Shown here piece after piece: positions 1 through 12,100 of a stretch of 24,224 bases of DNA. A model generated the notes under the pieces. The model saw nothing but the letters and a program-made list of their open reading frames with translations, made no database searches and was not told the origin of the DNA. Positions within the stretch are counted from its first letter, which is position 1; every line of letters begins with the position of its first letter. The DNA lies in contig JBEWZL010000244.1 in assembly GCA_045837725.1 (NCBI GenBank), forward strand, positions 496,001 to 520,224, read 5' to 3'. Source of the stretch: Vermamoeba vermiformis. Taxonomy: Eukaryota. The position numbers were made by a program, and so were the translations under genes.

Positions 1-220
1 TCGTGTCTAAAAATTCGCCAATATCAAACAATTAGCCCAAAATACGGTACTCACGTAACGAAGCTTCAGTATAATTACCAGCCACTAAGTTGTCCGTTTC
101 AACCCAAATCTGATCCGATTATTGCTTATTGCGCTTCCTTCGTTCTTTAGGTGGATTTGTACTGTAATATATCTTACTAGATTTATAACAGCTCTTGCAG
201 CATCCTCTTGTGAGTGATTC
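1..220 (-). CDS. Possible exon fragments of a minus-strand gene running off the window start
   Basis: Minus-strand GTGAGT donor near 55 with a GCTAAT branch and TTTTAG acceptor near 7; short open exons (IWVETDNLVAGNYTEASL; NHSQEDAARAVINL followed by GTAAGA). No family recognised. Confidence 0.3.
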
Positions 221-375
221 TATTTGTGGTGTTCGGGAATTCTAATTTTGAAAATTAACAAAATTACGGGTTCAGATCGAATTATGATTTACGCCTTTTA
301 CTCTAAAAATTCTTTATTTAGGTGGGATTATTATACAGAGGAGGCAATGGTCGGGTGACAGAAGATCTAAGCTGG

Positions 376-537
376 TTAAAACTTTCGCTTGCCCTTGCTC
401 CTCTTCTTGGGGCCACCCTTTCGATCGCTATCGCTGTCGTACATGCTCTGTTGCATGCGCTTCGTTTGTTTGCGTAAGTCCTTCATGTCCTTCTCGACTT
501 GTCTCATCATGCGGTCCGCACTTGCTTGAGCGCCCAT
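376..537 (-). CDS. Small 53-aa protein with N-myristoylation motif and polybasic C-terminus
   Basis: Below the ORF-track cutoff. MGAQASADRMMRQVEKDMKDLRKQTKRMQQSMYDSDSDRKGGPKKRSKGKRKF*. A-rich start context (CAAATG), MGxxxS motif, helical charged core. Confidence 0.6.
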   Translation of the reverse strand: MGAQASADRMMRQVEKDMKDLRKQTKRMQQSMYDSDSDRKGGPKKRSKGKRKF

Positions 538-927
538 TTGCGTTGTTGTTGCTAGTTAGTGTTGTGTGAATGAACAGAAAGTGCTGGCCAGATATTTATA
601 GTTTTGTGGACTGGACACCGAACGCCTGTCATGTCGCGTGGAATTGCCCAATTTTCGTGTTTCACACCTTGGAATTCCAAAATGCTCGTTGCAAGAGTAC
701 TATGCCCAATGTAATTTATATACTGTGGTTTGTACCCTATGAATCATGCACCATTAATTCCCAATGGGTTCGCCAGAGCAAAAATAAATTGTATCCTTTC
801 AGTCGCGCATTTTTCGCAAACATTCAGCGTGGAAACAACGCGCAAGTTGGTCCTTCATCAAGATGCAGCGCTTTTTATATAGAGTGATTGATTTTTGTTA
901 AAAAGTCTGCTAGTTTTACGAACGAAA

Positions 928-2445
928 ATGGCCGAAGATATGCTGGATTCGGTCGTTATCGACTTAGGCTCAAGTAAATACACGAATATATACACAACTT
1001 AAAAACATTACATCCATTCAGATGAATGAGAAAGGGGGTGAAAGTGAGAATTAATTTTTTTAAATTTAATTAAATTTAATTTTTTTTGAACTGAGCATTG
1101 CCCCTACGATTACCATCTACTTGACACTAAGGATATAAAATATAAAATTCAATAAATTTTGACAGGCATTGTTAAGGCCGGATTTGCCAACAACGACGCA
1201 CCCTTTGCCGTATTTCCCAATATTTATGGTTGTTTAAATCGACCTGCCGTGCAATCAGGAGTCAGCGGCAAAGAGAAATGTAAGTGACAGATACCAGATT
1301 CTTTGGTCTAACCTTCCTGCAGATGTCGGAGATCACGCACAAAGTGTACGTGGGGTGTTAACTCTACGCCACCCTATGGATCGCGGTATAGTTAACGACT
1401 GGGTAGCAATGGGGGGCGTCATTCATCACACACTTTACAACGAAATGCAGGCTGGGGATTTATATCCGACGTTGTTCACTGAACGGCCGTTCACGCCGAT
1501 TTCTCAACGCGAGAGATTTTGTGTTATGATGTTTGAAAGATATGACACACCTGCTGTATCATTCGCAATGCCTGAAGTTCTCGCTGCGTGGGCGTCTGGA
1601 AGAAATACGGCGCTTGTGGTCGACGTTGGTGAGCAGTTTTGTCTGACTGCCAGTCAATTAATAATTTCATCTTATAGGCCACGGAGTCATGACTATCATG
1701 CCTATTGTTAACGGTTGTATCATTCGATCGGGAGTTGTTCGCGCCGACTTCGGTGGAGCAGATCTCACGAATTACTTACAAAGACTTTTAACCGAAAGAG
1801 GGTGAGCCCAACACTACTTTATTAGCTTGTAATGTTAATTTCGTACTTAGTTATTATTTCACTTCTTCGCGAGAAACAGAAATAATACGTGACATGAAAG
1901 AAAAGTTGTGTTACGTGCCGCTAGATTATGAAAGTGAACTGCAAACTTCATTGTGTTCCGTACTACTTAAAAAGGATTACGAGATGCCTGATGGGAATAT
2001 AATCTCGATAGGTAATTGTAGGAATAGCAGCGCAGATCTGCTAAAACGTTTTTTTTGAGCAGACAGCGAAAGGTTTAGATGTCCCGAAGCTTTATTTCAG
2101 CCCTCATTAATCGGCAAAGAGTATCTAGGAATTCATCAACTGATAGAAGCCTCGATAAACAGGATAGAACAAGATGTACGAGATCCGCTAATAAGCAACA
2201 TCGTTTTGGCGGGCGGAACAACGATGTTACCAGGTTTTGCCGATCGATTGCACAAAGAATTAACTAATTTGATGCCGGTCAGTGCAAAAGTAAGAGTCGT
2301 TGCAGCGCCGGAGCGGAAATATTCTCCGTGGATCGGCGGATCTCTTATGGCATCGCTCTCATCAATGAGACACGCTTGGTTCACCAAAGTAGAATACGAA
2401 GAGCACGGACCATCGTATTCGAGAAAGAAATGTCTATATTTGTAA
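928..2445 (+). CDS. Divergent actin / actin-related protein (~377 aa, 6 exons)
   Basis: Exons 928-973, 1166-1279, 1323-1628, 1678-1801, 1851-2011, 2063-2445 splice in frame. Actin motifs: VVIDLGSSIVKAGFA, YVGDHAQ, ASGR, DLTNYLQRLLTERGY, RDMKEKLCYV, ERFRCPEALFQPS, LAGGTTM, APERKYSPWIGGS. Confidence 0.93.
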
Positions 2446-2461
2446 ATATAAAAACGGTGTT

Positions 2462-4123
2462 TTAGTTATTCAAGGATAACTTTTCAAACAGCGTGTCGGG
2501 CAATAGCTGCTGTAATTGTCCTGCATCCAAGTTCGCTTTGTTTTTGCGCAGGTATTCCAAACAAAGATTTGCTAATGTTCCAACTTCTTTTAATTTCAGT
2601 TCGATTAATTTTCCTCCCTTTCCAAGCCTTTAAATATTGTTAGAATAAGTAATACAGTTAATATGGTTACATACCAGCTGCTAGTACAATAGTGCGTGAA
2701 TAAATAACGCCCGTCAATTGAAAATACGAGGCCGTTATTAATTAGTTCAGATCCTTCCGGGAACGCGAACGTTTGTACGATGCTAAATGTAGTGTAGTCG
2801 ACCACAAATATCTTCATTTGACGTGCAGCTGTAAAGACCATGATCGGCACCGAGGCTTTTGGATAAAATTTGACGACTTCAATTGATTTGGAACTTGAAT
2901 AGTAATTCAAATCATTAATTTGACTTTGACTCTGAGTATTTTGATATGTCGCTTGGAGCTTAATTTGAAGATCATCGCCCAGTTCTTTAAATGAAAACAA
3001 GTAGCACTCGCCAAATTCGCACGTGACCGCAAAACATGACTCGTCAGGTGCCCAATCGGCGGTGTGACAGTTGCCTTGGATAAGAATGGCTGTTATTAAC
3101 TCCGTTCGATTATAAATAGCAAGGTTGATAGCTCACCTGACACGCCCATAGTTCGCCTAAGTTTGTAAGTGCAGTGCTCACCGTTTGGTATAATTTCGTA
3201 CACGTAGATCTCGAACGACTTGTTAGCCTCTTGAAGTAACTAAAAAGAGGATTACCTCTAGTTTGTCGCCAATTCCAATAAAAAATCGCTGGCTGGGCGA
3301 AATCTGAAGTTGTCAGTAATTTTATTGTTTGGATCCTATACTTACCGCTACTCCTCCCAGACACGTGCGATATTCTGGAAGTGGCGTGGGAATAGAATTA
3401 ATGAGAGTCATAGAACCGATTTCGTAGGCTGAATAGGCCGATTAATACAAAATTCTGAAGATCGTAAGAGTCTTACTTTCGAGACCCAGAGAATAGCTGT
3501 TACTTGCGACCATAACATAGTCTTTGCCATTATATTCATAAAAACAAAATCCGTTCTTCATGTTTGAGGTGTGTCGATGCACTGCCTCGTGTCTAAGCAA
3601 ATCTGATTAATTTCGGTCTTAAATTGTGGATGTCAAAAAGCACTTACTTTGTCTCACTATGTAGCGTAACTTTAATAACGTCTCCGTTCGTGCTACCAAT
3701 AAACAAGTGGTTTTTATATGCTTTTAAGGCTGAGATACGGCCATAGTCTACCTCTTCGTATTTATAAATCTCCTTCAGCTAAATAAATGAATTAATTTGG
3801 GATTATTTTTAATGTGCACGTACCTCTTTAGTTTCTCGGTTGTAAGCATGAATGTGCTGTTTTGAGGCAAGGAAAATTAATTTAGGAAAATAGGGAGTGG
3901 ATGTCATTCGGTCCAACAACTGGGGATGACCATAAAAACCATAATCCGGTGTGTCCGTTATATTTTGGCAAATTTTTTTATCGTTAAAAGCCAACGGTTC
4001 GAAGTACTGCCTCGGATCTTCCACTATCACCACCCGATCAATAATATTTTTCTTTTCGTCAGTATAATTAAGTTGTGGAAAATCCGTTGGCTTCGGGAAA
4101 TACTCGTAATTTTCTTCTTCCAT
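2462..4123 (-). CDS. WD40-like beta-propeller protein (DUF2415-like) with C-terminal BC-box/SOCS-like motif; multi-exon
   Basis: ATG at 4123. Spliced exons give WD-like blades: ISALKAYKNHLFIGSTNGDV, ISPSQRFFIGIGDKLEIYVYEI, WAPDESCFAVTCEFGECYLF, VKFYPKASVPIMVFTAARQMKIFVVD, GLVFSIDGRYLF. Last exon VGTLANLCLEYLRKN...LLPDTLFEKLSLNN*. Confidence 0.65.
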
Positions 4124-4246
4124 TGTTGTATTCAAATTGTGGAATGAACAAAGTTGGAATTCTGATCGTGACAAAAGTTACACGCGGACTTCAAAAACAA
4201 TAATTTAATAATACAATCAAACGACTTATCTACAATTAACCATCAA

Positions 4247-6973
4247 CTACTGCTTGTTATATTGCTCCATGATAACATCAGCCCACGTGTTCGGATCTTG
4301 GTTCTCGATCTGTTGGAACACGCTCTCTTTGTCTATTGAAACGACCTTGCCAGCAGCCATCATATTCAACTTCAATGCTAGAAACATCCAAGTAAACAAG
4401 AGCGACTTGAGACGAGTTCTTTCCGCATCGACAACTTCGCTGGATGCGCCCAAAGTGTTGCTACTTCCGTTTGAGACCGCAGCGCTTCCGTTGGTGTTTG
4501 TATTACTGGCGTTCTTAGATTTGTTCTGAAGACTTTGCACTTGTTTCTTCAAGTTGTTGACTTGCTGTTCGAATTGACGACGTTGTTTTTCAGCGTCACC
4601 GTACTGTTTGCGCATGCGATTGAGGTCATCGCGCAACTGGTTGTAGTTTTTCATCTTCTTTTCCAGACCGGTTATATGTTGCTTGTACTTGGCTTCGACT
4701 TGTTTAGTAATCTCCGCTTCAACTAAATAAATAGTAAGTTACTATTCACGTGCTCAATTGATGCATTAGGTACTTACTCTTCGCGGTGTCGCTATTGTTA
4801 TTGTTAGCTGCTTGAGCCTTGAGCGTCTCGAGCTCCCTCTTCGTGTTGGCGAGTTCAGTGTCAAGCTTCTTTTTGGCGGCCAACTCTTCTTCTAGAACGG
4901 ACAGTTTGGCCTCAAGTGCAGCTCGCTCAATGTTCGAAGCCTGAGAGCTACCTCGTCTCTTCGAAGTCAAATCATTGAGCTGCTTTCGCAAGGCTTCGGT
5001 CGTCTTCTGTTCGCTCTCGAGTTGCTTTTTCATCGCGGTAACAACAGGTCCTTCAGTGTTGTTGTCATTTCCGCGACCGCTGCCATTGCTGTTCGATCGC
5101 TTAGGCGAGTCTGTCACGGACTTTTTAAGCGACGCTACTTCATCTTGTAACTTCTTTCTAGCGTCCTTTGACTGCTCAAGTTCTTGCGTCAATGTTTCAA
5201 TTTGTTTTTTCAATGCAGCAGTGTTGTCTTTGGTGCCATTAGCGCTGCTTGGTGCTGACGATTGAGCCTTTGAGAGTTCAGCGGAGAGCTTGTTCTTCTC
5301 TTCAGTCAGCTTTAGTACTTCTTGAACGTACTTGTTTTGATCTTGAACGGCTTTGTTCTTCTCTTCGGACAGAAGAGCAATTTCTCCCTCGAGCTTCTTC
5401 TTGTCAGCGTTGAGCTGAGACTCAACCTTGTCCTTGGCCTGCTTGGCCTTTTCATTCTCGCTCTTAGCCACGGTGAGCTCTTCTTTTAACTTCGCCATCT
5501 CGGCTGCGAGCTTGTTCTTTTCTTCAACAGCTGCGGCACGATCTTTTTTCTCCTTGCCGAGTTCAGCGTTCGCTGAATCACGTTCTTTTGTCGCTTGATC
5601 GAGACTCGAAGACAATTTTTTGTTTTCTTGAGTCTTTTCGTTGAGCTTGGCATCAGAGGCCTTGAGCTTTTTCTCAAGGTCGATTTGCGTGGCAATTTCA
5701 ACGCCCAATTGATCCTCGACCATCTTAATGTACGTCTCGAGGACGGTTTTCTCCTTGATTTCGTTGTTAAGTCGGGCTTCGAGTTCTTTTTCTCGTTTCA
5801 GTGACTCTTCGTAGTTCTTTTGCACGCGATCGAAGACGATATCCAAGTGCTCTTCACCGGTCATAATCAGCTCTTTTTCCTTTTCGTTCAAATTGACGGG
5901 TTCTTCGATGTTGACAGGTTTTTCCTAGCTTCACGTCAATAAGCGTGCCACCGGTAACAAAGCTTCTATTACTTACTTCGTAGAAGAAGGGGAAATACTC
6001 GATCATATCGCGCACGATAAGCACCACGCTGCCTGAGTCGCGCATCATTGACTCCAAGTCCTCGCCTGCGTTCAATGTCAGCGCGCTAATTCCGGGTTTA
6101 TTACATAAATTACATACCTTCTTTGCGCAATATGCTTGGGCCAATGACGACTGATAAATTCTCTGAGGTCATTTTATTCACTTTTGACTTTCTCTGTGGG
6201 GTGTCAAATGTCAATTTTGATTAAAATTCAAAACTATTTGGTACGCACCTGAATAGCGTATAATAAGAATAATAGTGACTTAATGACACGCTTGTTTGTT
6301 TCTGGCATTGAGCTAGTTATTACGGCTTTAATAATCGTCAATCTTTTCTTTGTGTCATCGCTCATCTCGTGTGCGGTGTGGATCAAATATCCGTATAAAT
6401 TGAATGGAATTAAGGGTTCTACAATATTATTAGATATTACCACTAAAATAGTAAATATACTTGCCGTGAAGCTTGCGCAGTAGTTGCTTCAAACATCCGG
6501 CGACATCATGCACATCATATTGATTGAGATCGATGTCGTCGCTTGCTATAACAATATTTTAGAAATTTATAATGAATTAATAGCGTGGCAGGCTTACGAT
6601 TTTTGCTGATCGCTTTTTTCAATTCATTGATGCGATCTGCGCTTCCAGAAACACGAAAAACTCCTTCAACATCCAAAGCTGGTTTTAAATGATCAGAAAT
6701 AATATCTCCATATAAAAAAATTGCATGAATCAATTCAATTTAAAATTTAATTGATTGAATATTTATACTTTTTAATACACACCTATTTTTTCTAAATGTT
6801 GTTGCAACCGTAAAAAGGCAGGCTCTAAATCGCTCAATGTTAACGGGGCTTTTTTCTTCTTGCCAACCGTTTTGGCGATTTTGGATTTGAATTTCTCCTG
6901 TAACCCCAGATCAGTAATCTTGAGCTTATTCACGGGCAGTATTACTCACCACCAGATTTCCACCTTCACTCAT
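4247..6973 (-). CDS. RhoGAP domain protein with long coiled coil; multi-exon
   Basis: ATG at 6973 (MSEGGNLV|EKFKSK...). ALDVEGVFRVSGS carries the arginine finger; also VAGCLK, EPLIPFNLY, MPETNKRVIKSLL, NKMTSENLSVVIGPSI. Followed by ~500 aa of K/E-rich heptads (ORFs 4746-5891 and 4247-4654). Confidence 0.9.
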
Positions 6974-7150
6974 TGTATTGACGCTGTAGAAAAAAACGGT
7001 AATAAATTTTGGCAAACGCTGAGTAAAATCTTGCGGCTAAAAATACTTTGCGCAATCGAGAATCAAGGACGCGACACAAGGTAATTATATTCATGAGTTA
7101 TTAGTGATATTCAGTTGATTGTTTACTTAAAAAAAAGTTGTGCCTCAAAT

Positions 7151-8973
7151 CTACAGTCGGGAGTTTCGTCTGTTTTGGATCTCGACGTAATCCTTGGGTT
7201 GAGGACCTAAAAGCAACAATATAAGTAACATGTCACCACTAACTGCAAATGCTTACCATTGTAGACGGAGGACGGGCGGATCAACTTGTTGTGTTGGCGT
7301 TGTTCGATCACGTGCGCGACCCATCCAGAAGTACGCGACACAACAAAGATTGGTGTAAAGAAGCTCGTGGGCACACCGCATTGGTTATAAGCGGAGGCAC
7401 TGTAGAAATCTAATTATGTGATCGTTAGTAATTGAATTGGATTCTCTGTGATCCGAGTGATCACTTACCCAAATTGGTGAACATTTTTTTCTCGCGCTCC
7501 ATGACCTGCAATGGTTGTAAGTTCGTGTTACCATCAATTACAGCGCAATTTCATACCTTGTCAATACGTTCGCTGACAGCGAAGAGCATGGGACTGCCAT
7601 AAGGTTGCTCGCTCAACTTCTTGCTCCAAGACTTGATGATAGGACTGCGCGGATCTCCTCGCTTGTAAACACGGTGACCAAAGCCAAAGATCAACTCCTT
7701 GCGGTGCAACATATCCAACAGCTGGTACGCGTTAGGTTAATCGTGGCTCGTGCCCAATAGTAGTAGTCTACTTACACCTTTCTCAGCTTCGTCAGGAGAA
7801 GAGAACTTAGCAATCAAGTTCATGGCGGCTTCGTTGGCGCCACCGTGCAAAGGTCCGCGCAAGGCACCAATCGCGGCAGTGATACAGCTGTGCATGTCTG
7901 ACAGGGTGGAGGCGACAACACGAGCAGTGAAGGTAGAGGCTATACATTATTAGAACGAGTGTTAAAAGTTAGTTAATAGAACGGTGTACCGGTGAACTCG
8001 TGCTCAGCGTAGAGGATCAACGATACTTCGAAGGTGCGGACGCGGAGCTCATCAGGCTAGTTGTCATTTGTTAATAAAATATACTCTATTGCAGTGTCTA
8101 ACCAGTTACTTACCTCTTTGTTGTCGTTGTATAAAAGCTTCAAGAAATTTCTTGCGATAGTGTCGGTGGGCTTGGTTTGTGTGTTAATACGTTGCTTAGA
8201 GTGGTGGAAATGGTGCCAATATAACAGCGCGGGGCCTTGAACAGCGATCAATCGCTCGCCAATCTTAACACCGGTCGTGGCGTCCATCGCTGATTCCGGT
8301 TCGAGTGTCTAACACGTGTTTCAATTAATATTTCTATTTTAAGAAGTGTCTGTATTGCGCGGGTACTTACGCCGAGAACAGACACTGTGCTTCTGAGAAC
8401 ATCCTAATATAATAATTTAATGAAGGTGAGTTCACGAGATGAAGTTCTGTGGATCGTACCATTGGATGCGCGGTGGGTGGAGTATTTTCCAACACGACCT
8501 TGAGAGATGCAGGCAGGTCTCTTAGTGAGGCCATATAGCGAATATAATTATCGAGTTCTGCGCGAGTGGGAAGTTCACCGTGTAACAATAAGTAGGCCAC
8601 CTCTTCGAAGCACTCACATTTTTCAGCGAGATCTAAGTATGGTATTTATTATTAAAACAATACTTGGGTGCATATAATAAAATAATAGCATTTCTGTAAA
8701 ATTATGGCAAAGAAGTAATTTTTCAAAAATTGGATCGAGAGCGGTACCTCTTGGACGGAAAGATTTTCATTGTGAATCGCAGAAAAGTAATTAAGTAAGG
8801 AGGTACTAAATATGAATGCTACGGATATCATTATAAAGCTTGGGTTAGCGAAAGTTACCTTTGATGTCGTAGCCGCGATAGTTCAATCCGAGTCCTTGAC
8901 CCACTGTGCAAATAGCTGACTCGCCGACTGCAATGCCAGCAAGACCAGCAACAATTTTTTGTTCTTCAGCCAT
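7151..8973 (-). CDS. prpC: 2-methylcitrate synthase / citrate synthase (bacterial PrpC type), predicted peroxisomal; multi-exon
   Basis: MAEEQKIVAGLAGIAVGESAICTVGQGLGLNYRGYDI, FEEVAYLLLHGELP, LYAEHEF, GPLHGGANEA, FGFGHRVYK.GDPRS, FTNLDFYSA, SRTSGWVAHVIEQR..NKLIRP; ends RRNSRL* (TAG 7153-7151). Confidence 0.88.
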
Positions 8974-9170
8974 TTATATTGCTCTTCGTGTAATCAACAA
9001 TAAAAAATGAATGATCCGCGCCATTATAATTTTTATCTCCTTGTGGAAAAACACACAAACACCGGTGACTTATTCTATAATTAGTGACAAGGCTTTTTGA
9101 GGCTCTATGCGGAAATTGGCTATAACTTTTCGTCTCCCGATCGCAGTCAGCAATTTCACTCGCAACAATC
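8974..9170. promoter_or_regulatory. Short bidirectional promoter region between prpC-like and folate fusion genes
   Basis: Only ~197 bp separate the two divergent ATGs (8973 minus, 9171 plus). Positional inference only. Confidence 0.5.
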
Positions 9171-12100
9171 ATGGCGACTAACAACAGAACTATTAAAACC
9201 TTGCTTATCGATAATTATGATTCGTACACCTTTAACTTATTTCAATATTTGGCCGAAGTGAACGGAGAAGAGCCAGATGTAATCTACAATAATCAGTGTG
9301 ATGCGAATAGAATTTTGCAAGACATCAATGGTGGCAAATATGATAATATTGTCATATCACCTGGACCAGGTTTACCCTCCAACGAGCAAGGTACGTTACG
9401 CGCGGATTTGAATCTCTCTTCTGCTTCTTCTGCGTTGTTGTTTATTGCCGTAAACATTGGAACTGAATACACTTAACATTTATATTAATTTGATAGTATT
9501 AATCCAGATTTTGGTATTTGCGCAGCCTTAATCCGTGAAGCCTCCATCCCGATCCTCGGTGTGTGCTTAGGCTACCAAGGTATTGCAGTGCGGTGTCTAT
9601 ACGAGAAGGTCTGTTAATATATTTGATTAGGCATTGCTCTCGCTTACGGAGCGCAGTTAGCTCCTTCTTCACGAATTGTGCACGGGGAAGTTGGAAGAAT
9701 GCGGCACAATGAGGATCCTTTGTTCAAGGACATTCCCAGGCACTTCGATGCTGTGAGGTACCACTCGTGGATAGTGCAAGACCCATTGCCTACTGAGCTC
9801 GAGCCTATCGCGTGGTGTGAGGAAACGGATCGCGTGAGTGTCTCGCGTACCGATATGTAAGTGCATCGATACTCATCGAGGAAGATGGTAGCTAACTTTT
9901 GCTCACAATAGTGTTATGGCATTAAAGCACAAGTCGAAGCCCTTGTGGGGTGTGCTCTTTCATCCCGGTATGTTCGTCGAGATTTTGTTCGATCTAATCC
10001 GCATGGCTAACTTTCAGCTTTAGAATCGGTCTGCACGTTGCACGGAAAGCAAATATTAAAAAACTTTGCGTCTTTATCGACAAAAGTTGACGTGCACGCG
10101 ATACCTCTGTCAGTAACGCCGTTAGAGCACAAGACGAATACCACACAAGTCAAGTACCTTAAGCACTCAGCAAAATACTTGGCACAACAAACTTCAGCAC
10201 TTTTTGAGTGTCTCTTTAGCGGAGCTATTGATACAGAAAGATTTTGGTTGGATTCGTCACGAGCCGAGCCTGGTCTCAGTCGGTTTTCATTCATGGGCAC
10301 GATGAACGGACCGCACTCGGAAACGATGAGGTATCACGTGAACACTAAGAAGCTTATATTATCAACTGCAGGCAACGAGCGGGAGCAGCTGTTGGCCGAT
10401 GATCAAGATTTCTTTGCGTTCATTCGGTCCTACCTACGCGAAAAAGGGTACTATCACGATGGTAAGTAACATAGTATTTCGGCTTCATTTCGCTAATTTA
10501 CGACTAGAATCATTGCCCTTTGACCTACAGTGTGGTCTTGTAGGCTATTTTGGATACGAGATGAAGTATGAGTCTTTAGCAACTTCAAACCTTCAGCAAA
10601 CCTCGACTCTTCCCGATGCTTACTTGCTGTTTGCTGATCGCATAGTCGTCATTGATCACCAGCTAAACGACATCTATGTTGTTGCACTCTCGTTCTCAGC
10701 TGAGAATGAGGCTTGGTTGCATAGCACACTGGCTCAAATCCAGCAACTCGATGACTCCGCTACTTCAGCTTCAGTCAGCGGAGCTTCCAAGAGTTCCCTT
10801 ACTGTGAGCCTGCGTGCTGATTACAGCACCTATACATGTAAGTCTACAACGTGAGCGAATGTTTAAAGCTAATATGAAACGCGCAGCACAAATCAAGCAA
10901 TGCCTCAAGGAGATCGAGTTGGGTGAGAGCTATGAGCTGTGTTTAACCAATCAGCTCGTAGTTGATGGTTGCACTGTGCCGCCTCTCGAATTTTACAAAG
11001 CACTCCGCGATGCAAATCCAGCGCCTTACGCGTCATTCTTCGACTTCAAGACTTTTTCAGTTGTCAGCTCATCGCCCGAAAAATTCATCTCGCTTGACCG
11101 TCAAGGATTAGTTGAGTCTAAGCCAATCAAAGTAAGTCCTATACCTGCCTTTTCAAGCGTGCACTTAACAGGACTCCAGGGAACAATAAAGCGAGGTGCT
11201 ACGAGTGTCGAGGACGCCGAGTTAAAGCAGAAATTGCAGACGAGCAAAAAAGACTTTGCGGAGAATTTGATGATCACAGATCTCATTCGCAACGACTTGG
11301 GCCGAGTTTGCCAAATTGGGTCTGTTCGTGTTCCCAAGCTCATGGATGTTGAGAGCTACGCAACAGTTCATCAACTCGTCACCACTGTGCAAGGTCAGAT
11401 CAGTCCTCACAAGGACGCAATTGACTGCTTCAAAGCTGCATTCCCACCAGGGTCAATGACTGGCGCTCCTAAGCTGCGCTCAACGCAAATACTAGAAAGG
11501 TAAGTTCTCATGTGGCATATTGAATGAAGCTGACTTGAGTGCCAGGTTGGAGGGTAGACCGAGAGGAATCTATTCTGGAGCTATTGGCTACTTCTCGCTC
11601 AACCAAACGTGTCACTTTAATGTTGTTATACGCACAGCTGTCATGCATAACAACTCGATTTCTATTGGCTGCGGAGGTGCTCTTGTTATGGAGTCCAACG
11701 CCGATGAAGAATTCGAAGAGATGTTATTGAAGGGTCGCGCATTGATTAGAACTTTGGCACGATTATCCGGTCAAGATGACGATGTCAGAATAGTTGGCGC
11801 AACAAAGAAGGCGGAGTTCAATGGCGTCAAATACTTGGAGGATCTTTCAACGAAGAGTGGCGCGTTGGATTTATCATTAGACAGAATCAAGCGCGTGCTC
11901 TCGCTACTAAATCAGCCGCAAGAACAAGTGCCTATGATCCACGTGACTGGCACGAATGGCAAGGGCTCCGTGTGCGCGTACATCTCATCGGTACTCATAG
12001 AGAAAGGACTTAAAGTCGGCCGATTCACTTCGCCGCATTTGATTCGCTGGCACGAGAGCATTCAAATCAACAACATGGACATCGGCGACGACGAATTTAA

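Noticed and set aside
570-887. 105-aa ORF
   Set aside because: No recognisable motif; lies in the probable divergent promoter between the sORF and actin.
4254-5804. Plus-strand ORFs 4254-4529, 4535-4726, 4975-5265, 5595-5804
   Set aside because: Antisense shadows of the RhoGAP coiled-coil exons.
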